IMG/VR virus record: IMGVR_UViG_3300026484_000105
Coordinates: 45,993 to 109,992 of that record
Strand: one strand, 5' to 3'
DNA from: a virus
Length of the DNA stretch: 64,000 bases
The notes beneath the pieces were generated by a model, which saw only the letters and a list, made by a program, of their open reading frames with translations, was not told where the DNA came from and ran no database searches. Made by a program: the position numbers and the translations under genes. Below are positions 27,466-37,871 of this stretch, piece by piece; within the stretch, counting starts at the first letter, position 1; every line of letters begins with the position of its first letter.

Positions 27466-29823
27466 TTATTTTCTCTTCTTAAATTTCTTACTTGGTTTTT
27501 GATTAACTATATAATCGTTTATCTGTTCTACTGTAAGTTTCTTTATAGCTGATTCAGTCAAATCTTTAGGTAATTTAAAATTACCTTTTGAAACACCATT
27601 AACTACACCATGTCTTTTTATATATGGTCCAAATCTACCATTTATAATACTAATAGGTCCATGTTTTCCAGCATCTCCATCCCACCATAAATTCTTGGCT
27701 TTTTCTACATCAGTAGATTCTATAAGTGGTAAAGCTTGATCTATAGTTACTTCATAAGGATCTAAACCATCATCTTTCTTAAGCTGATAGTAGTTATTTT
27801 TAACCTGTAAATATGGTCCAAACCTACCTATTTTAACATGTACTTCTTCACCAGAACCAGTTGTACCTATGACTCTAGGTATCTTCATGTAATGTTTAGC
27901 TTGTTCCAAAGTCATAGTTTTAACATCTATACCCTTAGGTATAGGAGAAGATTTGGGTTTATACTTAGTCTCCTTATCATATTCGCCTATACTTACATAA
28001 CTACCATGCATACCAGTTTTAACTATGATATCTTTTCCAGTTTCTTTATCTACACCAAGAACTCTGGCTTCAGAATAGTCTACTCTATCACCATCAGCTT
28101 TACTCTCTACAACCTTAACAAAGTCATCGTAGAAATCATGCAAAACCTTCTGCCATTTAATTTTACCTTCGGCAATCATATCGAAGTTATTCTCCATATT
28201 AGCAGTAAACCTAAGATCAACTATATCACTGAAATTTTCTTTCAAATATTTAGTAACCACCCCACCTATAATCGTTGGCATTAACCGCTTATCTTCATTC
28301 TTCTCTACATAACCACGGTTCATGATTGTACTGATTGTAGATGCGTATGTAGATGGTCTACCTATGCCCTCAGATTCAAGCTTCTTAACCAAAGAAGCTT
28401 CAGTATATCTAGCAGGAGGTTTAGTAAAGTTTTGTTCCATGGTTAATGTAGCATTGTCAAATATCGTATTAACATCTATAAGCGGTAAGATCTTCTCATC
28501 AGTAGCAAGAGACGCATTCGGATCATCACTACCCTCCACATAAGCACGCATAAATCCAGGGAATATAATCTTAGTACCCTTAGATACGAATTCGTATTTA
28601 CCATTAGTTCCACCATATATTTTATATGTAGTTAATGCAACCTTGGCTTGTGCCATTTGAGTAGCTACAGTTCTCTTCCATATAAGACTATATAGTTTAA
28701 ACTCTCTAGGTTCTAAATAGCTTTCTATGTCAGATGGTTTAAGTAGCATATTAGTTGGTCTTATTGCCTCATGAGCTTCTTGAGCACCTTTAGATTTAGT
28801 TTTATACTTACGAACATATGGTAACGCATACTCTTTACCAAATGTTTCAATAATAACCTTCTTAGCAGCAGAAGTAGCTACATCGGATAGATTAATTGCA
28901 TCAGTTCTCATGTATGTAATTAAACCACCAGTATGTCCAGAAACATTAATACTACCCTCATATAGTCTTTGTGCCAAAGACATAGTTTGTTTAACGCCAT
29001 AGCCAAGCTTTCTACTGGCTTCTTGTTGTAATGTAGATGTTATAAATGGGGCACTTGGATTTCTCAGACTATCTTTAGATTCAATATCAGTTAACTTATA
29101 AATATTTTTATCACAATCAATTTTAATAAGTCTAGCATCTGCTTCAGTTTTAACCTTAGTAACCTTACCGTCTATCTTATTTAAAGAAGCATTAAAGATA
29201 CTTTTATTATAATTGATCTTTAAGTTATGTTTCCAAAACTCTTCTGGGTCAAAAGCAGTTATCTCATCTTCCCTATCTACTATTATTCTAACAGCAACAG
29301 ATTGGACTCTACCTGCAGATAAACCATATCTAATCTTCTTCCATAACAATGGTGATAATGTAAAACCAACAGCCCTATCCAATATACGCCTCGCTTGCTG
29401 CGCGTCTACTAGGTTTTTATCTAACTCTCTAGGGTGATCCATAGCATGTAATATCGCATCTTTAGTAACCTCATGGAACACGACCCTTCTTACCTCGTGC
29501 TTCTCAATACCTAATGTAGGTATAAGGTGCCAAGCAATAGCCTCACCCTCACGATCATCATCAGCTGCTAATATTATAGTAGTATCACTACCAATATAAC
29601 TTCTTAGTTCTTTTACAACTTTAATTTTATCCTGTGTAACCATGTACTTGGGTTTAAAGTTATCCTTAGGATCAAATCCTAAACTAGACTTAGGTAGATC
29701 CCTTACGTGACCAAAACTTGCAAGTACCTTATAGTCATTATTAAGAAACTTACTTAATGTCCTGGCCTTAGCTGGGCTTTCGCAAATAACTAAGTATTTA
29801 ATTCCCTTCCCTTTCTTTCTCAT
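27466..29823 (-). CDS. topA: DNA topoisomerase I (type IA)
   Basis: Toprim LVICESPAKA, SFGHVRDL, DDDREGEAIAWH; SAGRVQS; catalytic ITYMRTD; AQEAHEAIRPT; GIGRPSTYA; C-terminal GRFGPY repeats and no zinc ribbons. Confidence 0.95.
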   Translation of the reverse strand: MRKKGKGIKYLVICESPAKARTLSKFLNNDYKVLASFGHVRDLPKSSLGFDPKDNFKPKYMVTQDKIKVVKELRSYIGSDTTIILAADDDREGEAIAWHLIPTLGIEKHEVRRVVFHEVTKDAILHAMDHPRELDKNLVDAQQARRILDRAVGFTLSPLLWKKIRYGLSAGRVQSVAVRIIVDREDEITAFDPEEFWKHNLKINYNKSIFNASLNKIDGKVTKVKTEADARLIKIDCDKNIYKLTDIESKDSLRNPSAPFITSTLQQEASRKLGYGVKQTMSLAQRLYEGSINVSGHTGGLITYMRTDAINLSDVATSAAKKVIIETFGKEYALPYVRKYKTKSKGAQEAHEAIRPTNMLLKPSDIESYLEPREFKLYSLIWKRTVATQMAQAKVALTTYKIYGGTNGKYEFVSKGTKIIFPGFMRAYVEGSDDPNASLATDEKILPLIDVNTIFDNATLTMEQNFTKPPARYTEASLVKKLESEGIGRPSTYASTISTIMNRGYVEKNEDKRLMPTIIGGVVTKYLKENFSDIVDLRFTANMENNFDMIAEGKIKWQKVLHDFYDDFVKVVESKADGDRVDYSEARVLGVDKETGKDIIVKTGMHGSYVSIGEYDKETKYKPKSSPIPKGIDVKTMTLEQAKHYMKIPRVIGTTGSGEEVHVKIGRFGPYLQVKNNYYQLKKDDGLDPYEVTIDQALPLIESTDVEKAKNLWWDGDAGKHGPISIINGRFGPYIKRHGVVNGVSKGNFKLPKDLTESAIKKLTVEQINDYIVNQKPSKKFKKRK

Positions 29824-29840
29824 GCATTCTCCCTTATTTT

Positions 29841-30251
29841 CTATTTCATTGGTATAGCCAGATTATATACAAGTACATTATCCTCATCATACCCACGATT
29901 CAAAGTAAGCATTATAGTTACAAAAGCATTATTATCGTTATCTAAAAGTTCATCTGATATGAATTCTTTTAAAATTTCAATAACATTAAGCTTCTCCCCA
30001 GCTTTACTAAAGCCAAAACTTTCGAATGTTAACAGTTCTGATTTATACATGGCTTCAAAAGTATCTTCTTCCCTAAAGGCGTATTCGTCATTTACTGGGG
30101 TGATACTAATAAAATCAATATATAACATATCCTCAGATTCATCATACTTATATTTAATACCTTTACTCTTAAGGTGTTCTCTTAATTGCTCACTTAACTT
30201 ATCTAGATCTTTCTTATTCTTATAATTCAACAACGTTGCTTCCATACTCAC
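29841..30251 (-). CDS. Hypothetical early protein
   Basis: 136 aa, AAGGAG RBS, after the promoter at 30284. Confidence 0.6.
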   Translation of the reverse strand: MSMEATLLNYKNKKDLDKLSEQLREHLKSKGIKYKYDESEDMLYIDFISITPVNDEYAFREEDTFEAMYKSELLTFESFGFSKAGEKLNVIEILKEFISDELLDNDNNAFVTIMLTLNRGYDEDNVLVYNLAIPMK

Positions 30252-30283
30252 TCCTTTTAATTTATGTACTATGTATACATATT

Positions 30284-30301
30284 AATAATATATGTACGAA
30301 A
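30284..30301 (-). promoter_or_regulatory. Early-type phage promoter (topA operon)
   Basis: TTTCGTACATATATTATT. Confidence 0.6.
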
Positions 30302-30310
30302 TAAAATGGA

Positions 30311-30344
30311 GTACTACAGATACGATTTAACGTATCTGTAGTAC
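30311..30344 (-). terminator. Hairpin terminator
   Basis: GTACTACAGATACG-ATTTAA-CGTATCTGTAGTAC directly after the stop codon. Confidence 0.7.
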
Positions 30345-31796
30345 CTACATCTTTATAATTTTAATTAGGCTATTCACCATTCCAATTTGTTGCTGTGCTA
30401 ACGTATAATTAGCCATAGCTACTGTTATAAGGCTTGCATTACTGTCAATTAATTTAGTAATTGTTTCTATGCTATCTTTGGTAACAGTAAAATCACTATT
30501 TTCATCTTTCATATAGTCATGTAGAATATTAACCTTCTCTACTATCTCTTTAATTAAGTTAGATATTTCTTCCATATCAACCTTAGATAGAGTCATACCC
30601 ATTTTAGTAGTGTCTTCAACTAGAGTAGGAATACACGCCACGTTAGGTATCAGTCTACCAACTGGAAGTCTATCAACATTATTAGAGGGATTAATAAGCT
30701 TAGTTAACTTAATTCTTATTTCTCTATATGCTTCACTTATTTGTTCAGAAGAGTGTTTCTTTGGTTTAAAAGATCTTCTATAATCTGTATCAGAAAGAAT
30801 TCTACTTAGATTAATACTTAGTTCCTCTAAAGAGTTTATGAGGATCCTATCGAGCAACTCATTATTCTCAGTAACATACTGGGTTACATCTAAAAGATTA
30901 GCTTTCAAACCCAATGTAACTGGAGCTAATCTTGATTCTATATTTACATATTTAAGATCAACTACGGATCTCTTTATGCCAACATAAGCTTTCTTAAGAT
31001 CTTTTAAATCCCCACTATCATTACTCATAGCTATATTTATGATTGCTACTTTTTCATTGAATACTTCAGCCATACTCTTAAATCTTTTATTAACAGCAGA
31101 ATTAATATTACTTATAAAACCACTCTCTACAGACAATGTAATTGTATATTGACTAATGTAATCTATATTATCTAAGCTCTCCTCCATACTCTTAACTAGA
31201 TTTTCCATACTAATTCCATCTTTAGAATCATACTTATAGGTAGTGTAATTTATAGATCGCTTATTAGCATCGTAATAAAAGACATATGTTGGTATAATTG
31301 TATCATAATTCTTAAAGTAATTTATTACTGGTACGAGGAAGAACTTATTGTCAGATTCTATTAATAGTGGTAACGTTCTAAAACTATCAAATTCCAATGA
31401 TACACCTGATCCCTGTTCAGTTAGAATATATAGTATCTCTTTTATCTTATCAAACTTTACCTTTTTATCTACAATGAAGTCCTTTTTGGTATTGAAGAAT
31501 CCTGCATTAGGATCAAGTTCACCTAATCCCTCTTTTCTAAGAGAGTTATATACGTTAATTGCGCCTACACTAGGATTCTCCCCTATAACATACCGTTGCC
31601 CAGAAGATAGCATCTCATCTATAGACGCATTACATAAGATATTATGTTTTTTACACATTATGTTAGTTAGTTTTATAAGAGACTGTTCCGTATATACTGG
31701 ATTTCCAAATATTAAATCAACGTGTGCTTTTTTATATAGTTTACTAACATTAATAGATTCATCCGAACCTTCAATTGATATAGTTAGATCTTCCAT
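30345..31796 (-). CDS. Probable head protein with S-x-E processing sites
   Basis: ISIE, VSLE, ISME, LSVE motifs preceding a helical C-terminal domain. Confidence 0.5.
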   Translation of the reverse strand: MEDLTISIEGSDESINVSKLYKKAHVDLIFGNPVYTEQSLIKLTNIMCKKHNILCNASIDEMLSSGQRYVIGENPSVGAINVYNSLRKEGLGELDPNAGFFNTKKDFIVDKKVKFDKIKEILYILTEQGSGVSLEFDSFRTLPLLIESDNKFFLVPVINYFKNYDTIIPTYVFYYDANKRSINYTTYKYDSKDGISMENLVKSMEESLDNIDYISQYTITLSVESGFISNINSAVNKRFKSMAEVFNEKVAIINIAMSNDSGDLKDLKKAYVGIKRSVVDLKYVNIESRLAPVTLGLKANLLDVTQYVTENNELLDRILINSLEELSINLSRILSDTDYRRSFKPKKHSSEQISEAYREIRIKLTKLINPSNNVDRLPVGRLIPNVACIPTLVEDTTKMGMTLSKVDMEEISNLIKEIVEKVNILHDYMKDENSDFTVTKDSIETITKLIDSNASLITVAMANYTLAQQQIGMVNSLIKIIKM

Positions 31797-31797
31797 T

Positions 31798-32421
31798 TTA
31801 TTTCCTTTTTAATTTTCTTTTATCCCAAACATCTTTGATATTCTCAGATTGAGAACCCCATTTTAGATTTATTGCAATATTATTTTCTTTATTATCATCA
31901 AGATGCATTACAACGTATTTCTTACCAGGTTGTGGTCCATGAAATGTTCTACATATTAATCTATGGACATATTCCATTTTAGATTTAGTAGAACCATCTT
32001 TAATAAGTGATACCTTAAGATAATGTCCTGCTGTAACACCTTTAGTAAAATTACCTGTCTTGATGTTTAATATTTCACCTTTGTTACTAGCCATATACCT
32101 ACTGAAGTTGGGTATTCTTTTCCAGATTTTACCATCATTGTGTAATGGTAGAATTTCTTTATTACTCAATTTAATTGTAAAAGGAATCTCTATATAAACT
32201 TCATTCTTTTTACTTATAACTGAATCATCAATATTAAGCTTGTCCTTTTTATCGTTAATCTTTATATAATACCAACCTTTTAGAGTTTTGAATTTCTTAA
32301 TAATAAACTTACGTAAGGAGCTTAAATTAGTATGTGTAAGCGTATTATCATAATTGGTATTTTTATATTTTATAACTTTAGATAAAGCCTCTTTTTTATG
32401 TATCGCAAAATAAGCATCCAT
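31798..32421 (-). CDS. NUMOD4-HNH endonuclease (free-standing)
   Basis: IWKRIPNFSRYMASNKGEI (NUMOD4) and YVHRLI...VMHLDDNKENN...NLKWGSQSENI (HNH). Confidence 0.85.
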   Translation of the reverse strand: MDAYFAIHKKEALSKVIKYKNTNYDNTLTHTNLSSLRKFIIKKFKTLKGWYYIKINDKKDKLNIDDSVISKKNEVYIEIPFTIKLSNKEILPLHNDGKIWKRIPNFSRYMASNKGEILNIKTGNFTKGVTAGHYLKVSLIKDGSTKSKMEYVHRLICRTFHGPQPGKKYVVMHLDDNKENNIAINLKWGSQSENIKDVWDKRKLKRK

Positions 32422-32504
32422 ATAGTATAGTCCTTTATAAGTTGTTCATATAAAAGCGAGGTGAAAAAAAAGCCTTATAGTCAGGAAGATACCCGACTAC
32501 AAGT

Positions 32505-32846
32505 TTATCTCTGACAATGAATGTGTCCATAAGACCATTCTGTTCTTAAATTATTACTTAAGTTTAATCTTACTCTAACGTAATATTTAACATTATATTT
32601 AATAATGTTTCTTAGAGTCAATAAGTCTCTATTGTTAACGTCATCTTTTACCATAAAGACTAAATCATCAGGATTGAAATTATTATCTGAACACACTTCC
32701 CAATCAGTACTATTGTGACTAATATTATCTGGCAGTAATGTGTTTTTTGAATCACCAAAACCATAACCAGATTCTAACATACCTTTTAACACTACCGTTA
32801 GAATATCAATAGCCTCATCTTTAGAATGTTTGTTGGATACACACAT
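32505..32846 (-). CDS. Hypothetical protein with an FN3-like virion-repeat fragment
   Basis: HNSTDWEV.SD..F...YYVRVR...TEWS. Confidence 0.55.
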   Translation of the reverse strand: MCVSNKHSKDEAIDILTVVLKGMLESGYGFGDSKNTLLPDNISHNSTDWEVCSDNNFNPDDLVFMVKDDVNNRDLLTLRNIIKYNVKYYVRVRLNLSNNLRTEWSYGHIHCQR

Positions 32847-32983
32847 TTATTCTTCCTTTCTAACTATATGTAGGGTTAAGTGCCTATTGTCTATCTTAAA
32901 ACTCTCGAACGGATTATTCTCAACATTTACATAATCTATGCAATTACCATTTCTATAGATCTCCTAATAAGTACCAACATTAT

Positions 32984-33427
32984 TTATTTCTTTTTGGTAA
33001 CATTGGATATCGTATAACTGTCTTCCACTTTATCAACTGGTGTCCATTTTGCTTCTGTAAGATTGGCCTCAACGTAATTCACTGGATATTGCATAGTTTC
33101 TTTAACATCTACAACCTCACCATCTTTAATAGTCAAAACAAACTCAAGCCAATCTCTGATTTCATTTTCATGCTGTATCTTGCTACCATATATATTTAGA
33201 TGAAAATTAACATTACTTAACTTTGCAGGTAGAAATGGTGGAGGAATACATTCATCCCAGTAACGAAATGAGTCCTCATCAAGTAAACCAGTAAGGATAA
33301 TGTTACCACCTTTATCAATCGTATATCTATCTAGACCGCAATTTAAATCTTTAGTTTGGTAGTTGCCTTTTGGAATACCAAGTTCCACCAAATCCTCTTC
33401 TATAATAATATCGTCAAACATTCCCAT
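32984..33427 (-). CDS. Conserved phage hypothetical protein (MGMFD family)
   Basis: MGMFDDI...YQTKDL.C.LD.Y.I...G motif common in phage accessory genes. Confidence 0.65.
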   Translation of the reverse strand: MGMFDDIIIEEDLVELGIPKGNYQTKDLNCGLDRYTIDKGGNIILTGLLDEDSFRYWDECIPPPFLPAKLSNVNFHLNIYGSKIQHENEIRDWLEFVLTIKDGEVVDVKETMQYPVNYVEANLTEAKWTPVDKVEDSYTISNVTKKK

Positions 33428-33522
33428 CTTACATCTCCTATAAATAATCTACTGATTCTAACAACATCTTCACTAATACCATTTTCAACATTATTTTTAT
33501 TCATTACAAATTTCCTATTTTT

Positions 33523-33711
33523 CTAAAGTAACAATTTATCATCATTAAGTAACTGCAGTAATTTTCCAATGTCTGGATGTTCTTCTTTTTTAACAGCTCT
33601 ACAATACGTATGTTCTGCTATGAATACCGGATTCTTTGCAAGATTCCAATTATTAGACATATCCTTATATACATAATGATACGCAGTAAAATCATTTAGC
33701 ATTATCTTCAT
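33523..33711 (-). CDS. Small hypothetical protein
   Basis: 62 aa, overlapping the upstream gene. Confidence 0.45.
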   Translation of the reverse strand: MKIMLNDFTAYHYVYKDMSNNWNLAKNPVFIAEHTYCRAVKKEEHPDIGKLLQLLNDDKLLL

Positions 33712-34342
33712 CCTTTCTAACCATATATAATGCTAAATTCTTATTGCTTATTTTAAAACTTTTAAAAGGATTATCTTCTTCAGTTACATAACCAGTAACT
33801 ACATGTGGTCGATATCCTTTTTTAACAAAGATACTAATGTTCCCTATAGAAGCTAAATGCTCTTGACCATCATACCCTTCTAGACCATTTAACTTAGTTA
33901 TGATATCAAGAGTGTTAGCATTAGTTAAGCCCTCATTCATGTCTACCTCAACCACATTTTCCTTTGGTATCACATTACATTTATCACCACATATATCATC
34001 TATTTCATCATCTATGACAACATATGTTTCTATATTATGACCATAATCGGATAAGTATTCACGGATCTGTTCACCTCTGAATTTCTTCTTTCTAGGCGTC
34101 GAACCGATTATACAATTTAAATATTTAAATCTTAGCTTATCCAGTTTTCTTTTAAGTTGTTTTTCAGACCATGAAGATGATATGACTATATTTAAGTCAG
34201 GCACTCTTTCAAGTATGAATTCCAGTCTAACCATCAGGTGTCGTTCAATTGGATCATTGCCAATATTGTTAAAACCATGACTATAGTAACTAGCACCCAT
34301 GATGTTAAGTACGCCATCTACATCTAAGAATAGTATCTTCAT
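33692..34342 (-). CDS. HAD-superfamily phosphatase (Swiss-Army-Knife RNA-repair-like HAD domain)
   Basis: ILFLDVDGVLN, IVISSSW, RGEQI, YVVIDD. Confidence 0.8.
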   Translation of the reverse strand: MKILFLDVDGVLNIMGASYYSHGFNNIGNDPIERHLMVRLEFILERVPDLNIVISSSWSEKQLKRKLDKLRFKYLNCIIGSTPRKKKFRGEQIREYLSDYGHNIETYVVIDDEIDDICGDKCNVIPKENVVEVDMNEGLTNANTLDIITKLNGLEGYDGQEHLASIGNISIFVKKGYRPHVVTGYVTEEDNPFKSFKISNKNLALYMVRKDEDNAK

Positions 34343-34887
34343 TACCGACCACCAATATGAAAAACGATGGTATCATTTATAATTTTTTTTATTATTAAAC
34401 CTTCAAGAAGTAAAATCTCATTTATATCTCCAGTATAACCTTCAATCATTAATGCGAACCCGAAATCGTCAATATTATACTTACCGAAGTAATGCGTAGT
34501 GGACGCTAATTTCATCATCTCAGGTAATTTCAATTCCCTGTTACAAATTGGTCTGAATTTAACAAGTAGTTCATTACATTCATTGTCTATATAGATAATA
34601 GAATTAAATATATCATCGAGTACATTTAAATCAATATCTATGTCACGGAGGGCTTTCCCGATATTACGTTTAAGAATAAATATTCTACATGCATTGATAG
34701 ACATACAAAAACTATCGTCATCTAAATTTCTTAGATCGTACTCAGTATTAGTAAAACGAGCTGGACGTTCGTGTAAGTTCCCATCAAGATCTTGTTGTAC
34801 GAGCTTCTTTCTATCAACAATAATAATGTTACCAGTAGTTCTAGGTATTGGTTTAAGAAACGGCTCTTTAATAGGGTAATTTTCCAT
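34342..34887 (-). CDS. Hypothetical protein
   Basis: 181 aa, AAGGAG RBS. Confidence 0.6.
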   Translation of the reverse strand: MENYPIKEPFLKPIPRTTGNIIIVDRKKLVQQDLDGNLHERPARFTNTEYDLRNLDDDSFCMSINACRIFILKRNIGKALRDIDIDLNVLDDIFNSIIYIDNECNELLVKFRPICNRELKLPEMMKLASTTHYFGKYNIDDFGFALMIEGYTGDINEILLLEGLIIKKIINDTIVFHIGGR

Positions 34888-34899
34888 AATATTTCTCCT

Positions 34900-35670
34900 T
34901 TAATTTCTTACTGTTTTATCAAGAGACTTAAAACATTCTAGGTCTAGTGTAGTATCGTGTTCTAAATACTCAGCTGTATTATAAACACACATAGTCTTAT
35001 CTATTTCATGCTTTATATTCATGTGATCTAATAAGGCAGAATGTCCGATAACACACTGATTATAGTATTCGCCAAATAAGGTTATTTCAGTATCTACACC
35101 AATTTCAATATGTTCGTAAAATGGTTTTGCAAACATATTAACATATTGTATGCCGCCATGACTAAATTGTATGATATTCACATTATCAATCTTTAAAGAT
35201 TTAAATTTATCCATATGCTGTTCAAACTTATCCATAAAACCATAATCACCATCAAATAGAATTCCAGAGAATTCTGTAGCCATCAGATCCTCCACATATT
35301 TACTCCTAAATAATTTATTTAAACGATGTTCTAAATTAAATTTTCCTAACGCAATACTGTTTCTATATCTTTTAGGAGTTTTCACTTTGGCCGTTAATTC
35401 ATCTAAGAAAGTCTTTATGCCATCTTTACGAATAGGGCACGCTATATCATCTACGATAAACTCTTTACCATATAAATAATACTTGATGATATCACTACAA
35501 AACATTCTAATATATTTTAAACGTAGCCCAATGTTAACGGAACAATGATATATGATAACTGTATCAAAACGTTTAATATACCTTATGTATTCATCCATCA
35601 TCTCAGCGTTATTATCACTGCTAATAGTGGACCATCCTGGATGGATTAAGATACCTACTTTAGTTTTCAT
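34900..35670 (-). CDS. Hypothetical protein, possible cysteine-hydrolase (isochorismatase-like) fold
   Basis: GILIHPGW N-terminal strand and ITLFGEYYNQCV motif; weak. Confidence 0.45.
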   Translation of the reverse strand: MKTKVGILIHPGWSTISSDNNAEMMDEYIRYIKRFDTVIIYHCSVNIGLRLKYIRMFCSDIIKYYLYGKEFIVDDIACPIRKDGIKTFLDELTAKVKTPKRYRNSIALGKFNLEHRLNKLFRSKYVEDLMATEFSGILFDGDYGFMDKFEQHMDKFKSLKIDNVNIIQFSHGGIQYVNMFAKPFYEHIEIGVDTEITLFGEYYNQCVIGHSALLDHMNIKHEIDKTMCVYNTAEYLEHDTTLDLECFKSLDKTVRN

Positions 35671-36476
35671 TGTTCCTCCTCAATAGGATCCAAATTATAC
35701 TTAGGTATGGAATATGCTTTCTTTTCTTCCATATCTAGGATCGAATATAAACCAGATTTGAGTATCTTAATGAACCCAACCTTCTTACCGATCAGTTCTC
35801 TATGGGTCATACCCAGATCTCTACTGCCATTGACAGTAAAATACTTTATATCATCGAGTATGAGATCTACAATATTACTTTCAGTTTTCCATGTTAACCA
35901 ATATTGATGCTCCTGGAATGTTCCTTCAGAATCTACATTAACAATATACTCTACATCCAACATAGTGTAACAGTACGGACATATAACTCTATGGTTATAG
36001 GGCTTGTGCTCTATGAGAGGAGATATATCATTATTGCAATTATCACATTCTATCTTAATGTCCTCAAGATCCCTAGATTTTATCTTTTCAATAACTGTAG
36101 TACGTGCGTTACTAGTATCTTTACTGCGAACCATAAGTTCTATATCAACATCTTGTTCGCCACCATCATGACGTTTAGAGTAAAACTTTTTACCACCCAT
36201 CAGATCTATAAGATCAGCTTCACTAGCTTTTTTTTCTTTTATTTTGTCAAGTACTTTTTGCACTTTTCTAACCTTTTCTAATAGTGACTTGTCTAGAGGT
36301 GTTTGTATTACACCTTGCAAATCAACAATACTTACTTCAAATCCATCAGTACCCATGGCTTCAGCCACGGTACTTTTAAGTTCTTCCATAAATTCATCTG
36401 GAGTTTGTTTGGATTGTGAAACTATCTTTATACCACCAACTACTTTCTGTTTAAGGTCTTCCATGATTAATTCCAT
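35667..36476 (-). CDS. Hypothetical protein with a zinc ribbon
   Basis: CDNC...CPYC. Confidence 0.6.
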   Translation of the reverse strand: MELIMEDLKQKVVGGIKIVSQSKQTPDEFMEELKSTVAEAMGTDGFEVSIVDLQGVIQTPLDKSLLEKVRKVQKVLDKIKEKKASEADLIDLMGGKKFYSKRHDGGEQDVDIELMVRSKDTSNARTTVIEKIKSRDLEDIKIECDNCNNDISPLIEHKPYNHRVICPYCYTMLDVEYIVNVDSEGTFQEHQYWLTWKTESNIVDLILDDIKYFTVNGSRDLGMTHRELIGKKVGFIKILKSGLYSILDMEEKKAYSIPKYNLDPIEEEQ

Positions 36477-37165
36477 GCATAAAGATTATTACTGATATAG
36501 CCGCATGTAGCGATAATCTCTTTTTCCATAATTGCTCTACCAGCTATAAGTTCAAGACTTGTTGCATCTACATAGTAATCTTTCTCTTCAGCAAACTCCA
36601 TAAGATCATCTGGTAATATAACATGATCTATCCAACCATCAAACCCTTTAAGTATTTCAACCTTATGATCAGGATGAACTAAATATAACCTATACCATTT
36701 ACAAGTATTCTCTACAGTTATAACTGGTTTATCAGCTTTGGTATGTCTATATACTAAGGGTACATTGCCTTTGGTGCTATAGTACGTAGTATAGTCATTG
36801 TCTATGGTTAGACCTATAAGTATATCTAAGGCCTTAAGTGCGTTGAATTTAACATTAGTGTCGGCACCCTTTAATACCTCTTTTATACTGCCCTCTAATG
36901 GACTTAACATATGTAAATGTTTATATTGATTTATTGTCTCTCCAGTTGACAAGTTAAATATCTTATAACACCGATGTTCAGATGCACTATTTTCCAATTT
37001 ACAAGAATCTGGTTCTAATACTATTATTAAATCACCAGATTCATTTTGTTTATAAACTACATGTCCAAATTTAATTATATCGCCATTGGCATCCAAATGT
37101 CCAATGCATTTTCTACCATTATAATATAAACAACCGTCTCTTATTTCAGTATTTGCTTTTTTCAT
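36467..37165 (-). CDS. Hypothetical protein (weak YopX-like motif)
   Basis: Start reassigned to ATG 37165 after AAGGA; GHLDANGDIIKFGHVV resembles YopX GLKDKNGKEIYEGDIV. Confidence 0.55.
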   Translation of the reverse strand: MKKANTEIRDGCLYYNGRKCIGHLDANGDIIKFGHVVYKQNESGDLIIVLEPDSCKLENSASEHRCYKIFNLSTGETINQYKHLHMLSPLEGSIKEVLKGADTNVKFNALKALDILIGLTIDNDYTTYYSTKGNVPLVYRHTKADKPVITVENTCKWYRLYLVHPDHKVEILKGFDGWIDHVILPDDLMEFAEEKDYYVDATSLELIAGRAIMEKEIIATCGYISNNLYAWN

Positions 37166-37175
37166 TTTATTCCTT

Positions 37176-37871
37176 TTAGTATGCTGTTGGTATCCATTTT
37201 CTACCACCGTAGAAGTCCTCTTTAACACGTAATCTAATTTTAGGTATATAGTAATTCTCATTCAGATCTCTAACATAGTCCTTAACGTCACTTATAAGGG
37301 TATCGTAACTATCCGATTCAAGTTCATATATTGTACGTGGCATAAGGTATGATTGAGTAAGTTCAGATTTCCAATCTCTGATCCCACCATCTGTAAAAGG
37401 TACTTTCACCTCTGCCCTATATACTCCATCCAATTTATGAATAACGGCCCATACGAAGACATCATTATCGTAGTCGGGTGTAGTTTCATCATCAAGGTTT
37501 GACGTAGTTTCCCTTTTATTTGGACTGCTTTTTTCCTTAGCTCCCTCAACTATAGCACAAATGATTTGACAGATTTCATCTGTATTCAAATTTGTTGCTA
37601 TTGGCTTATCATCAGTCCTAATACTTTTTTCTACAGTGGTATAGTCGGTAGTCCATATTTTTATACCTAATGTTTTGGATATCATACTCATAACCTTAAC
37701 TCTACGCACATTTGTAAGTAGTTCAGAAATAGGTTTAAAGTAATTAAACTCAACTCTATAATACACCCTACCCTTAAACCAAGCTTTCTCCTCTACGAAA
37801 ACATCAACATTGTCTTTTATAGCATTTGTAACTATATTAGTTACCATCATTTTTGTATTTAACTTTTTCAT
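37176..37871 (-). CDS. Hypothetical protein
   Basis: 231 aa in operon. Confidence 0.6.
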   Translation of the reverse strand: MKKLNTKMMVTNIVTNAIKDNVDVFVEEKAWFKGRVYYRVEFNYFKPISELLTNVRRVKVMSMISKTLGIKIWTTDYTTVEKSIRTDDKPIATNLNTDEICQIICAIVEGAKEKSSPNKRETTSNLDDETTPDYDNDVFVWAVIHKLDGVYRAEVKVPFTDGGIRDWKSELTQSYLMPRTIYELESDSYDTLISDVKDYVRDLNENYYIPKIRLRVKEDFYGGRKWIPTAY

